Assembly (NCBI GenBank): GCA_004322085.1
Contig: SCRR01000397.1
Span: forward strand, 1,344-65,343
Origin: Burkholderiaceae bacterium
GTDB lineage: Bacteria > Pseudomonadota > Gammaproteobacteria > Burkholderiales > Burkholderiaceae_C
Direction of reading: 5' to 3'
Length of the DNA: 64,000 nucleotides
In this document: positions 38,482 through 47,368 of the stretch, one piece after another
Layout: every line of letters begins with the position of its first letter
Position numbering within the stretch: position 1 is the stretch's first letter
Made by a program: the position numbers and the translations under genes
The notes under the pieces: model-generated
Told to the model about the DNA's origin: nothing
Database searches by the model: none
Seen by the model: only the letters and a program-made list of their open reading frames with translations

Positions 38482-38844
38482 TTACGCTCCCAACAGTTCG
38501 TCGTATTTTTTCTCGGAAAAGCCCAACGCCAGAACTTTGCCCGAGCGTACCATGACAGGCCGCTTTATCAGCGTCGGGAATTCACCCGCCAAATCCAGCC
38601 AGTCGGCGTCCGATGCAGGGGATTTGCGCGCGTCAGGCAAATTGCGCCAAGTCATGGACGCCCGATTTATCAGTTTCTCCCAACCACCCACCATCCCCGA
38701 CCACTGCAACAAGAGCCCGGAATCTACTTGCTCTTGACGATAGTCAATAAATTGGTATGCAACATTATGTCCATCAAGCCAGCGCCGAGCCTTCACACAC
38801 GCGCTGCACTGCTTCAGACCATAAATTTGCACGATCCCGACCAT
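38482..38844 (-). CDS. ArsC/Spx/YffB-family thioredoxin-fold protein
   Basis: Start at [16 protein letters not shown] with a GGGAGG RBS. YffB-like length of about 120 aa. Confidence 0.75.
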   Translation of the reverse strand: MVGIVQIYGLKQCSACVKARRWLDGHNVAYQFIDYRQEQVDSGLLLQWSGMVGGWEKLINRASMTWRNLPDARKSPASDADWLDLAGEFPTLIKRPVMVRSGKVLALGFSEKKYDELLGA

Positions 38845-38905
38845 CTCGCCTCCCTGCGTCCACTGCACACCACCGGCACGCCTAGTAACCTACGAAAAGT
38901 AACGA

Positions 38906-39622
38906 TCATAATGCGTTTTCGGCCTTTGATCCGGCGGCCAGCACCCCGTAGGCACGATTTATTTCCTCCCAGGCCCTCTCACCCGCCGCACCCGCCGTCT
39001 TGATCAGCGAACGGCGCAGCCGCAACAAATTGGCCTCCCTGCGCCCCGGTCCCATCACACAACGCCGACCACGGTCAAAATCGACGAGCCAGACCTTGCC
39101 CTCCCCGTCAATCAGGATATTGAAGGCGTTGAGGTCTGCATGCCAGACGCCCGCCTCGTGCATCGTGTAAATGGCACCCGCCACCGGCCCAGCCGGGCAG
39201 CGCTCCAACGCACCCGCCAGCGTGCTGGCATTGGGAATCAGTTCGGTAATCAGGGCCGCGCGATAGATAAACCGTGCGCGCCAGTAGGATGCAGCCAGAG
39301 GCTCCGGCACGGGGAGTCCCTTTTCATGCATGAAATACAGAAGATCGAATTCAGCGAATGAACGCGTGCGAGCCGCGCCGGTCCAAAAATACCTGTCGCG
39401 ACTCAGGCGCGCCACCAAGCCACCGCGACGGTAATGCCGCAGAACGGCGGCGCCCAGGCCGGGGATGCACATATACCAGGCCGCCTGCCGGCCACCCGTG
39501 CCAACCGGCCGGGCAGACGGCTGGGCAGGATCGAACAATGCCTCGCCAGGCTCAAGAACGCGATCCGGCAAATACCGCAAGGCACCGCCAGCAAACACAA
39601 GATCCCGTGGCGGCGCGTTCAT
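38906..39622 (-). CDS. kdkA: 3-deoxy-D-manno-octulosonic acid (Kdo) kinase
   Basis: Start at MNAPPRDLVF overlaps the stop of the upstream permease (ATGA). Kinase catalytic loop HADLNAFNILID. Confidence 0.85.
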   Translation of the reverse strand: MNAPPRDLVFAGGALRYLPDRVLEPGEALFDPAQPSARPVGTGGRQAAWYMCIPGLGAAVLRHYRRGGLVARLSRDRYFWTGAARTRSFAEFDLLYFMHEKGLPVPEPLAASYWRARFIYRAALITELIPNASTLAGALERCPAGPVAGAIYTMHEAGVWHADLNAFNILIDGEGKVWLVDFDRGRRCVMGPGRREANLLRLRRSLIKTAGAAGERAWEEINRAYGVLAAGSKAENAL

Positions 39623-42123
39623 GCCACCCCGCGCAAGGAGACCAGAGGCGGCACCTTCAACACCCCTTTGAGCGCCATGCCGCCGCCCGCACAAGCCGCC
39701 ACCACACCCAAGGCAATACCGACAGGCCATGGCCACCATGGGGGTGAAAACGGAAAATCGAATACATGGATGGCCAATGCCATGGCCACGGCTATAGCCG
39801 CGCCCGCGGCCAGAATCCCTGACAACACGCCGATCAATACCATTTCCAAACGCAGGGAATTCGACAACAGGACCGAACTGGCCCCCAGCACGCGCAGTAT
39901 GGCCGCTTCGTGCGTGCGCTCGTCGCGCGTGGATAAAAAGGCAACACCCAGCACGATCAGGCTGGCCGCCACGGCAAACAGGAAGAGCAGTTGCAACGCC
40001 CGGACCGCCTGATCGAGAATGCCCTGCAACTGCGCCAGAATTGCCCCGACGTCAACCACAGTCAGGTTGGGAAAGTCATGCACCAGGCGCTGCCTTACCG
40101 CCATCTGGCCTGGCGCCAAATAGAATGACGTAATGTAGGTCGTCGGCGCATTGCGCAACACGCGCGGCGAGAGCAAGGCAAAAAAATTCACGTCGAAGGA
40201 GTCCCACTTGACCTCGCGCAGACTGGTCACCTTGACATCAACGGGTTGCCCCGCAATCACGAACGTCACGTCATCGCCCAACTTGATTCCCAGCGTGTCG
40301 GCCAGCCCCTGCTCCAGCGACACCTCGTTGTTCGCCGAATCGATCCAGCGGCCTGCGACGAGAGTGTTGCTCGCCGCAAGCGAATTCGCATAAGACAGAT
40401 TGAATTCGCGTTCCACAAGTCTTCTCGCACGATCATCACCGTAGTCACTGGCATTGACATGTTTGTGATTGATCGCCACAAGCCGTCCACGAATCATGGG
40501 CGACAAGGCCCGGGCGCCCAATCCTGCCTGTGCAAGCTGCCGACTGACCGCCCCACGCTGATCGGGCTGGATATTGATGACAAACGTATTTGGCGCAGCC
40601 GATGGCAGCGTATCGCGCCACCCCGCTAGCAGATCGGTGCGCACAAGGGCCAGCAGCAACAGCACCATCAAGCCCACGGACAACGCACTGATCTGGGTGA
40701 TCGTCAGCGCCCGTCGCCGCGCAAGACCGTCCAACGCAAACTTCAGGACTGGCCGTCCACCCACGCGCCGGCGGGTACCCGCCACCAGCCTGATCATGAC
40801 CCAGGCCAGCGCAACAAACACGCCAAGCGCTGCCAGAAAGCCCACGCACATCACCATGCTCAAGGCCGCATCGCCGAAAATCCACCAGGCAAGACCATAA
40901 AACGCGGCAGCACCCGCGACATGAGCAGGCCAGCGGCGCCGCCGCGGTACAGCATATTCTCGGCGCAAAACCTGCGATGGCGGCACATCACGCAATGCGA
41001 TCAGGGCCGGCAGGGCGAAACCCAGAAGCAGCAGCACACCAGTGGCCAGTCCCTGCCAAGCCGGCGTCCAGCCAGCTTGCGGCAAGACCATGCCGAACCA
41101 TGCGGCGACCGCCCCGGCCCAAACGAACTGCATCCCGTACCCGATCAAGGTACCGATCACTGCCGCGGCCAGCGCCAGCAATGAAAACTCTACCCAAAGC
41201 ATGGCAGCGAGTTGAAGGCGTGTGGCACCCACGCAGCGCATCACCGCGATCCCATCACGATGGCGCAGGACAAAGCGTCGTGACGCGAGCGCAACCGCCA
41301 CGGCGGCAACCATGACCGCCAACAGCGCGGCAAGAACCAGGAATTGGCGCGCACGCGTCAACGAGCTTTCAATCTCGGGGCGTGCGGAACCCAGCGTGCG
41401 CAATTCCTGACCGGCATGCAATTGCGGCGTCAGCCAGCTTTCGTAGCTATCGACGCCCTGGGAGGATCCAGCCACCAGCAGGGTATAACGCACACGGCTG
41501 CCTGGCCCCACCAGGCCGGTCGCCGGCAGATCCGCGAGATTCATCATGACCCGGGGAGCAAAGTTGACGAACCGTGCCCCACGGTCGGGTTCAAAAGCAA
41601 TAATGCGCACAACCTTCATGTGCGCATCGCCAACTTGCACGGTGTCTCCCAGGTGCAGTCCCAACAGCGCCAACACTTGCGCATCGACCCAAATCGTCCC
41701 TGGTTGGGGCACCCCGTGCGCGGGACGCCCAACCGCACCTGGAGCATCCGCCAGTTCCAGCGTACCCCGCAGTGGATAACCGGAACCGACGGCCTTCAGC
41801 GAAACCAGTTGTGAGTTGTCTGCCGTGCTCAACATCGATGGAAACTGAACTGTGCTTGCCGTTGACAGACCATGTCGCGTTGCCGCGCCAATGAAAGCGG
41901 CAGGCACTGGGTCGCTGGTCTGCAGGGCCAGGTCGCCGCCAAGCATTTGCGCCGAATTACGTTCCAGCCCGTGCACGACACGACTGGTCAGAAACCCCAC
42001 GCTGCTTACGGCCGCCACGGCAACGACAAGGGCCACGACGAGCAGCCGCAATTCGCCTGAACGGGCGTCGCGCAGCAACGCCCGCACACCCGACAAAAAG
42101 TACGAAAAAGCTGCAAGACTCAT
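39619..42123 (-). CDS. FtsX-family ABC transporter permease, YbbP-like double-FtsX type
   Basis: About 834 aa from MSLAAFSYFLSGVR. Two FtsX/MacB-like 4-TM modules, each with a large periplasmic loop. No ATPase gene is adjacent. Confidence 0.75.
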   Translation of the reverse strand: MSLAAFSYFLSGVRALLRDARSGELRLLVVALVVAVAAVSSVGFLTSRVVHGLERNSAQMLGGDLALQTSDPVPAAFIGAATRHGLSTASTVQFPSMLSTADNSQLVSLKAVGSGYPLRGTLELADAPGAVGRPAHGVPQPGTIWVDAQVLALLGLHLGDTVQVGDAHMKVVRIIAFEPDRGARFVNFAPRVMMNLADLPATGLVGPGSRVRYTLLVAGSSQGVDSYESWLTPQLHAGQELRTLGSARPEIESSLTRARQFLVLAALLAVMVAAVAVALASRRFVLRHRDGIAVMRCVGATRLQLAAMLWVEFSLLALAAAVIGTLIGYGMQFVWAGAVAAWFGMVLPQAGWTPAWQGLATGVLLLLGFALPALIALRDVPPSQVLRREYAVPRRRRWPAHVAGAAAFYGLAWWIFGDAALSMVMCVGFLAALGVFVALAWVMIRLVAGTRRRVGGRPVLKFALDGLARRRALTITQISALSVGLMVLLLLALVRTDLLAGWRDTLPSAAPNTFVINIQPDQRGAVSRQLAQAGLGARALSPMIRGRLVAINHKHVNASDYGDDRARRLVEREFNLSYANSLAASNTLVAGRWIDSANNEVSLEQGLADTLGIKLGDDVTFVIAGQPVDVKVTSLREVKWDSFDVNFFALLSPRVLRNAPTTYITSFYLAPGQMAVRQRLVHDFPNLTVVDVGAILAQLQGILDQAVRALQLLFLFAVAASLIVLGVAFLSTRDERTHEAAILRVLGASSVLLSNSLRLEMVLIGVLSGILAAGAAIAVAMALAIHVFDFPFSPPWWPWPVGIALGVVAACAGGGMALKGVLKVPPLVSLRGVA

Positions 42124-42157
42124 TGTCCTAACCGAGAGGGGCCAGAAGAAAACCACT

Positions 42158-43513
42158 TTAGCGCAAACGCCCGATAGCCGCGTCAACCCGGTCCACGGGC
42201 CAGATCTCCAGCCCGTCGATGGGCTGGCGCGGCGCGTTGGCCTTGGGAATAAGCGCAATATTAAAGCCCAGCTTGGCGGCCTCCTTCAGGCGCTCCTGGC
42301 CACGCGGAGCCGGACGAATTTCGCCAACGAGCCCGACCTCGCCAAAAACGACCAGCCCCCTGGGCAGCGGCTTATTGTGCAGCGAAGACATGACGGCCAA
42401 CAGGACCGCCAGGTCCGCTGCTGGCTCGGCAATCTTGACGCCACCCACTGCATTGACAAAGACATCCTGATCAAAAGTGGCGACCCCCGCATGACGATGC
42501 AGGACAGCCAGCAACATGGCCAGCCGCGTGCTTTCAAGCCCCACGGACAGCCGCCGCGGGTTAGGCGCGTGGGCAGTGTCAACCAGGGCCTGGATCTCGA
42601 CCAGCAGCGGCCGCGTGCCTTCCTGTGTCGCCATGATGCATGAGCCGGCAACGTTGCTGTCGTGCTGCGACAGAAACAACGCCGATGGATTCGCAACGCC
42701 GCGCAAGCCCCGATCTGTCATCGCAAAGACACCCAGCTCGTTAACTGCGCCAAAACGATTCTTGAAAGCCCGGATCAGACGAAACGAAGAATGCGTGTCA
42801 CCCTCGAAGTACAGGACGGTGTCGACAATGTGTTCCAGCACCCGTGGGCCGGCCAGGGCGCCATCTTTGGTTACGTGACCGATCAGCACAATGCTGATGC
42901 CTGTCTGTTTGGCGATGCGGGTGAGCTGTGCGGCACACTCCCGTACCTGCGACACCGACCCAGGAGCAGCGCTGAGCTCGCCAGAATACAGTGTCTGAAT
43001 GGAGTCGATGACCGCGACCGCCGGGCGCTGTGTGGTCAGGGCCGCCACAATCGCCTCGAGGCGGATCTCCGCGAGCACATTGACGTCTCCGGTAGACAAC
43101 TCGAGGCGCCGCGCACGTAGGGCCACCTGCTCGGCGGACTCTTCTCCCGTCACATACAGCACTGGCACGACCTTGGACAGCGAGGCCAGCGCCTGCAGCA
43201 AAAGCGTGGACTTGCCGATGCCCGGGTCGCCACCGATGAGCACCACCGCACCCGAAACCATCCCTCCACCAAGGACGCGATCGAACTCGGCAACGCCCGT
43301 AGGTTGCCGGGGCTGCTCGCGCGCTTCAATTTCGGACAGACTGCGTACCGGGCTGGCCTGCGCCAGCGGCGCGAAGCGATGGGCCGTGGCCGCTGGCGCG
43401 GCAGCAGATTCGGTCAGCGTGTTCCACGCGCCACAATGGGGACACTTGCCTTCCCATTTGGCGCAGGTCCCGCCGCATTCATTGCAAACATACAGGGTTT
43501 TGGATTTTGCCAT
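42158..43513 (-). CDS. radA: DNA repair protein RadA
   Basis: Start at MAKSKTLYVCNECGG (C4 zinc finger). Walker A GDPGIGKST, KNRFG motif, Lon-protease-like C-terminal domain. Confidence 0.93.
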   Translation of the reverse strand: MAKSKTLYVCNECGGTCAKWEGKCPHCGAWNTLTESAAAPAATAHRFAPLAQASPVRSLSEIEAREQPRQPTGVAEFDRVLGGGMVSGAVVLIGGDPGIGKSTLLLQALASLSKVVPVLYVTGEESAEQVALRARRLELSTGDVNVLAEIRLEAIVAALTTQRPAVAVIDSIQTLYSGELSAAPGSVSQVRECAAQLTRIAKQTGISIVLIGHVTKDGALAGPRVLEHIVDTVLYFEGDTHSSFRLIRAFKNRFGAVNELGVFAMTDRGLRGVANPSALFLSQHDSNVAGSCIMATQEGTRPLLVEIQALVDTAHAPNPRRLSVGLESTRLAMLLAVLHRHAGVATFDQDVFVNAVGGVKIAEPAADLAVLLAVMSSLHNKPLPRGLVVFGEVGLVGEIRPAPRGQERLKEAAKLGFNIALIPKANAPRQPIDGLEIWPVDRVDAAIGRLR

Positions 43514-43535
43514 GCCGCAAGTGTACCGGCTGAAG

Positions 43536-44252
43536 CTACCGGCCGGACAGGCTGCCGCCGCCATCGACCCCCAGAACCTGCCCAGTGATGTATGCCGCCT
43601 CGGGGGACAACAGGAAAATTACCGCGGCAGCCACATCGGACGGCTGCCCGAAACGACGCATGGGGATCGACCCCAGCGCCTTCTTTTCTGCCTCACTGCC
43701 AGCCGGATGACCGGCGCGGAACAATTCGGTTTCTATGGGACCAGGCGACACTGCGTTCACCGTGATGCCGTATTCGGCCAACTCCAGTGCCCAGGTTTTC
43801 GTGCAACCTATCAAGGCACTTTTCGCGGCGGAATAGCTGGTGCGATCTATCGAGCCAAGTGCTGCCCTGCTGCATATATTGACGATACGTCCATCCTGCC
43901 TGGCCTTCATGGACGGGACAAAGGCCTGGACCACCTGCACCGCCACCCGCACGTTCAGATCCAGAACGTTGTACAGGGAGGACAAATCCACCTCACCCAA
44001 CGGCTCGGGCTTGACCATGCCCACATTATTGACAACGGCATCGACGGGATATTTCTCGCGGATGACGCGCAGGATATCTTCCGTCTCGCCAGCATTCTGC
44101 AAGTCACATGAATAGAGATAACCCGGGAAATCAATGTCCTGGGTATGCCTCGCCAACCCAACGACGTGGCACCCCAAGTCGGCCAGGCCACGGCTGATGG
44201 CCCAGCCTATGCCTTTTGTCGCACCGGTAACCAGCACACACTTGTTCTTCAC
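43536..44252 (-). CDS. Short-chain dehydrogenase/reductase (SDR), substrate unknown
   Basis: 238 aa. TGATKGIG cofactor motif and catalytic YSAAK. Confidence 0.8.
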   Translation of the reverse strand: MKNKCVLVTGATKGIGWAISRGLADLGCHVVGLARHTQDIDFPGYLYSCDLQNAGETEDILRVIREKYPVDAVVNNVGMVKPEPLGEVDLSSLYNVLDLNVRVAVQVVQAFVPSMKARQDGRIVNICSRAALGSIDRTSYSAAKSALIGCTKTWALELAEYGITVNAVSPGPIETELFRAGHPAGSEAEKKALGSIPMRRFGQPSDVAAAVIFLLSPEAAYITGQVLGVDGGGSLSGR

Positions 44253-44356
44253 GATTCGTCCTTTCTTCTAATTGAAACACCGGGCATACGCGGCACGACT
44301 CACATACAACACCGCAGCACTGCCCGAAGAGACGTCAGCGAATCAGGCGTTCGCCA

Positions 44357-45493
44357 TTAAACAACAATCTTTGGCACCCTGGGTGCCACAGCGCACAGCA
44401 ATTCGTAGCCAATTGTGCCTGCCGACCTGGCGACTTCATCAACCGAAGGCCCACCCTCGCCCCACAAGACCACTGGGGAACCCACACGTGCCTGCGGCAC
44501 AGCATCCAGATCGACACTAAGCATATCCATTGACACGCGCCCCAGCAAACGCGTGCGGACTCCTGCCACCACGACCGGAGTGCCGGTTGGCGCGTGCCGC
44601 GGATACCCGTCGGCGTACCCGCAGGCCACCACACCTATGCGCATGGGCGTGGCTGCCGTAAAAACGTGCCCATATCCGACACCGGCGCCAGCAGGGATGT
44701 CGCGCACACAGATGAGCTCGGTACGCAGTGTCATCGCGGGCAACAGACCCATGCTTTGCGCTGAGCGCTCGGCAAAAGGCGAAGCGCCATACAGGCAGAT
44801 ACCCGGCCTGACCCACTGTGGCGACCCCGACGTTACGGACTGCCAGCGCCCCGGCGTAAACACGCCGGCGGAATTGCACACACTATCCGCTCCCGCGAAA
44901 CCCGATGTGACTTCATTAAAAATACGCACTTGTTCGTCCGTGACTTCGGTACTGTCGTCAGCGCGTGCGAAATGAGTCATTTTACCCGCCGAAGCGATTA
45001 CGCGGCTTTGCCGCAACTTCTCGATGCGCGCGTAAGCGCCGCGATAATCATCCGGAGCAAAGCCCAGACGATTCATGCCGGTATTCAATTTGACGAATAC
45101 ATTGTAGGGGCGCGCGGGCGCCGCCACATTTTCGAGCATGGCAATCTGCTCGAAATTATGGACAGTTACCGTCAAGCCATAATGTGCCACTTCTTTGAGG
45201 TCGGATGGGGTAAAAAACCCTTCGAGCAACAGTATGGGCTTGCTCCAGCCTGCTTCCCGACAAACAACGGCTTCGTTCAGGTCCAGCATGGCAAGTCCAT
45301 CGGCCTCACCAAACGCTTTCACCGTATTGCGTATACCATGCCCATAAGCGTCGGCCTTGACGACCGCCCAGATCCTGGGCGTCAAATCGCGGCTGGGTGT
45401 CCGTGTTGTATTAATATTGAGCTGAGCGGCGGTTGCCACCAGGTTGTGATGTAAAGACGGTAACGAAATTGTTGCCGAAATCGGACGTGGCAT
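44357..45493 (-). CDS. alr: Alanine racemase
   Basis: 378 aa. PLP-lysine motif VVKADAYGHG. Confidence 0.9.
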   Translation of the reverse strand: MPRPISATISLPSLHHNLVATAAQLNINTTRTPSRDLTPRIWAVVKADAYGHGIRNTVKAFGEADGLAMLDLNEAVVCREAGWSKPILLLEGFFTPSDLKEVAHYGLTVTVHNFEQIAMLENVAAPARPYNVFVKLNTGMNRLGFAPDDYRGAYARIEKLRQSRVIASAGKMTHFARADDSTEVTDEQVRIFNEVTSGFAGADSVCNSAGVFTPGRWQSVTSGSPQWVRPGICLYGASPFAERSAQSMGLLPAMTLRTELICVRDIPAGAGVGYGHVFTAATPMRIGVVACGYADGYPRHAPTGTPVVVAGVRTRLLGRVSMDMLSVDLDAVPQARVGSPVVLWGEGGPSVDEVARSAGTIGYELLCAVAPRVPKIVV

Positions 45494-45557
45494 AACTACC
45501 TCCTAACCGCCAAAGTCTAATCCAACTCGCCGGTATACGCGAAACCCGGGCCGGAAA

Positions 45558-45577
45558 TTTTGCCATGAATGGCAAAA
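45558..45577. promoter_or_regulatory. Inverted repeat (9+2+9) centred in the alr/hpnC divergent intergenic region, candidate operator
   Basis: TTTTGCCAT-GA-ATGGCAAAA. 62 nt upstream of the hpnC ATG and 65 nt upstream of the alr ATG. Confidence 0.35.
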
Positions 45578-45638
45578 GATGCCCGCGCGCAACCTCCCCC
45601 TCCAACAAGGCCCAAATCTGCATTTCACTGAACCAGCC

Positions 45639-46508
45639 ATGGCCATCGACCACTACGAAAACTTCCCGGTTGCCTCAATACTGCTGCCCAGGCGTCTGCG
45701 TGCACCCATCACGCACATTTACCGCTTTGCCCGCAGTGCCGACGACATCGCCGACGAAGGCACGGCACTACCCAGCCAACGGCTGGCTCTATTGGCCGGG
45801 TTCCGTGAAGCCCTGCGGCAAATACAGGATGGCCACCCGCTGCCCGACCCGTCGGACACACGACACGCCATTTTTGCGCCGCTGGAGCGCTCCATCCGGG
45901 AATTCAAGCTGCCGCTGCAACACTTTTTCGACTTGCTCTCGGCCTTCGAGCAGGACGTGGTCATGCATCGCTACCCCAATGAAGACGCGCTGCTGGATTA
46001 CTGCACCCGATCAGCCAACCCCGTGGGCCGCCTTGTCCTGCACCTGTACGACGCGGCAAACGACGAAAATACCCGCGACTCGGATGCCATATGCACTGGC
46101 CTGCAGCTCACCAATTTCTGGCAGGACGTCGCCATCGACTGGAACAATGGCCGGCTATATATTCCGCTTGATGCGCTGGCGCGCCACGGTGTCACGGAAG
46201 AAGACATCGCGGGCGGCTCAGGCTGCGCCGCCTGGGAAGATCTCATGCGCGGGCTGGTTCAACAGGCCCGCACCCTGCTGCTGTCCGGATTACCCCTGGC
46301 ATACCGTCTTCGAGGACGCGCAGGATTCGAACTGCGGCTGACCGTGCAGGGTGGGCTGCGTATCCTCGAGCGGCTGGAGCAGCTACACTACAACATCTTC
46401 GCCCATCGCCCAACACTCGGCAAGCCGGACTGGATCGTGCTGCTGGTGCGCGCATTGCGCAAAAATCCAGAAGTTTCATATAACTCACGTGACATCAACA
46501 AAGCATGA
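45639..46508 (+). CDS. hpnC: Hydroxysqualene synthase HpnC (squalene/phytoene synthase family)
   Basis: Start at MAIDHYENFPVAS. Asp-rich motif SADDIADEG. Its stop overlaps the hpnD ATG (ATGA). Confidence 0.85.
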   Translation: MAIDHYENFPVASILLPRRLRAPITHIYRFARSADDIADEGTALPSQRLALLAGFREALRQIQDGHPLPDPSDTRHAIFAPLERSIREFKLPLQHFFDLLSAFEQDVVMHRYPNEDALLDYCTRSANPVGRLVLHLYDAANDENTRDSDAICTGLQLTNFWQDVAIDWNNGRLYIPLDALARHGVTEEDIAGGSGCAAWEDLMRGLVQQARTLLLSGLPLAYRLRGRAGFELRLTVQGGLRILERLEQLHYNIFAHRPTLGKPDWIVLLVRALRKNPEVSYNSRDINKA

Positions 46509-47368
46509 GTCCCGACGAATACTGTCAGAATAAGGCCGTACAGAGCGGCTCAAGTTTTTATTACTCTTTTCTGTTTCTTGCCCCCGAAACTCGCAAGGCC
46601 ATCACGGCACTCTATGCATTCTGTCGCGAGGTCGACGATGTCGTTGACGAATGCTCCGACCCGTCTGTTGCGCGCGCCAAGCTCGACTGGTGGAGCAAGC
46701 AGATCAATGCCCTATTCACCGGACGCGCCGACCACCCCGTCATGCAGGCGCTGATGCCACATTTGAAGTCTTCCCGCATCACCGCAGAACGCCTCCAATC
46801 CGTCGTGCGAGGCATGCAAATGGATCTGGACCAAAGCCGCTACGCGGACTGGCCTTCGCTGCGTCAATACTGCTGGCACGCAGCGGGTGTGGTGGGTGTG
46901 CTTTCGGCCGGGGTGTTCGGATACACCGAGCCGTCCACGCTCAAGTACGCCGAGAATCTGGGGATTGCCTTTCAACTGACCAACATCATCCGCGATATCG
47001 GCGACGATGCACGCCGGGGACGCATCTACCTGCCGGCCGACGAGCTGGAGCGTTTTCACGTCACCGAGGCGGAAATTCTGGGCAGTGAGCACTCGGATCG
47101 TTTCGTCAATCTCATGAACTTCCAGGCGGACCGCGCCCGACAGTGCTACCGCGAAGCCATGCAGGCGCTGCCGGAAATAGACCGCCGCGCTCAGCGGTCG
47201 GGCCTGGCCATGGCCGCCATCTACCACACCCTACTCGACGAAATGGCACGCGACGGCTGGCAGGTTCTGGATCGACGCACTTCGCTGACGCCCATCCGCA
47301 AATTCTGGCTGGCCTGGAAAACATGGGTCAGCGGTGGGCGCAGCGTGATCAGGCAGCTGGGTAAATGA
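46505..47368 (+). CDS. hpnD: Presqualene diphosphate synthase HpnD
   Basis: 287 aa. FCREVDDVVDE and NIIRDIGDDARRGRIYLP motifs. Its stop overlaps the hpnE ATG. Confidence 0.85.
   Translation: MSPDEYCQNKAVQSGSSFYYSFLFLAPETRKAITALYAFCREVDDVVDECSDPSVARAKLDWWSKQINALFTGRADHPVMQALMPHLKSSRITAERLQSVVRGMQMDLDQSRYADWPSLRQYCWHAAGVVGVLSAGVFGYTEPSTLKYAENLGIAFQLTNIIRDIGDDARRGRIYLPADELERFHVTEAEILGSEHSDRFVNLMNFQADRARQCYREAMQALPEIDRRAQRSGLAMAAIYHTLLDEMARDGWQVLDRRTSLTPIRKFWLAWKTWVSGGRSVIRQLGK

Noticed and set aside
42999-44111. 370-aa plus-strand ORF
   Set aside because: It is antisense to radA and the SDR gene, with no motifs. It is a shadow ORF. The same reasoning applies to 1259-2329 (antisense to msbA), 6080-6889 (antisense to shc), 19718-20149, 57275-57910 and 60259-60828.
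13791-45577. Shared GCCAT/ATGGC half-sites in the hpnN-upstream and hpnC-upstream palindromes, as a possible common hopanoid operator
   Set aside because: The half-site spacing differs: the halves overlap in GTGGCCATGGCCAC but are separated by a 2-nt spacer in TGCCAT-GA-ATGGCA. One dimeric regulator is unlikely to read both, so the similarity is probably coincidental.
45570-45583. Sigma-54-like TGGCA...TGC element inside the hpnC-upstream inverted repeat
   Set aside because: The GG-to-GC spacing is two nt shorter than the -24/-12 consensus as I remember it (TGGCAC-N5-TTGC). It is not a credible RpoN promoter.
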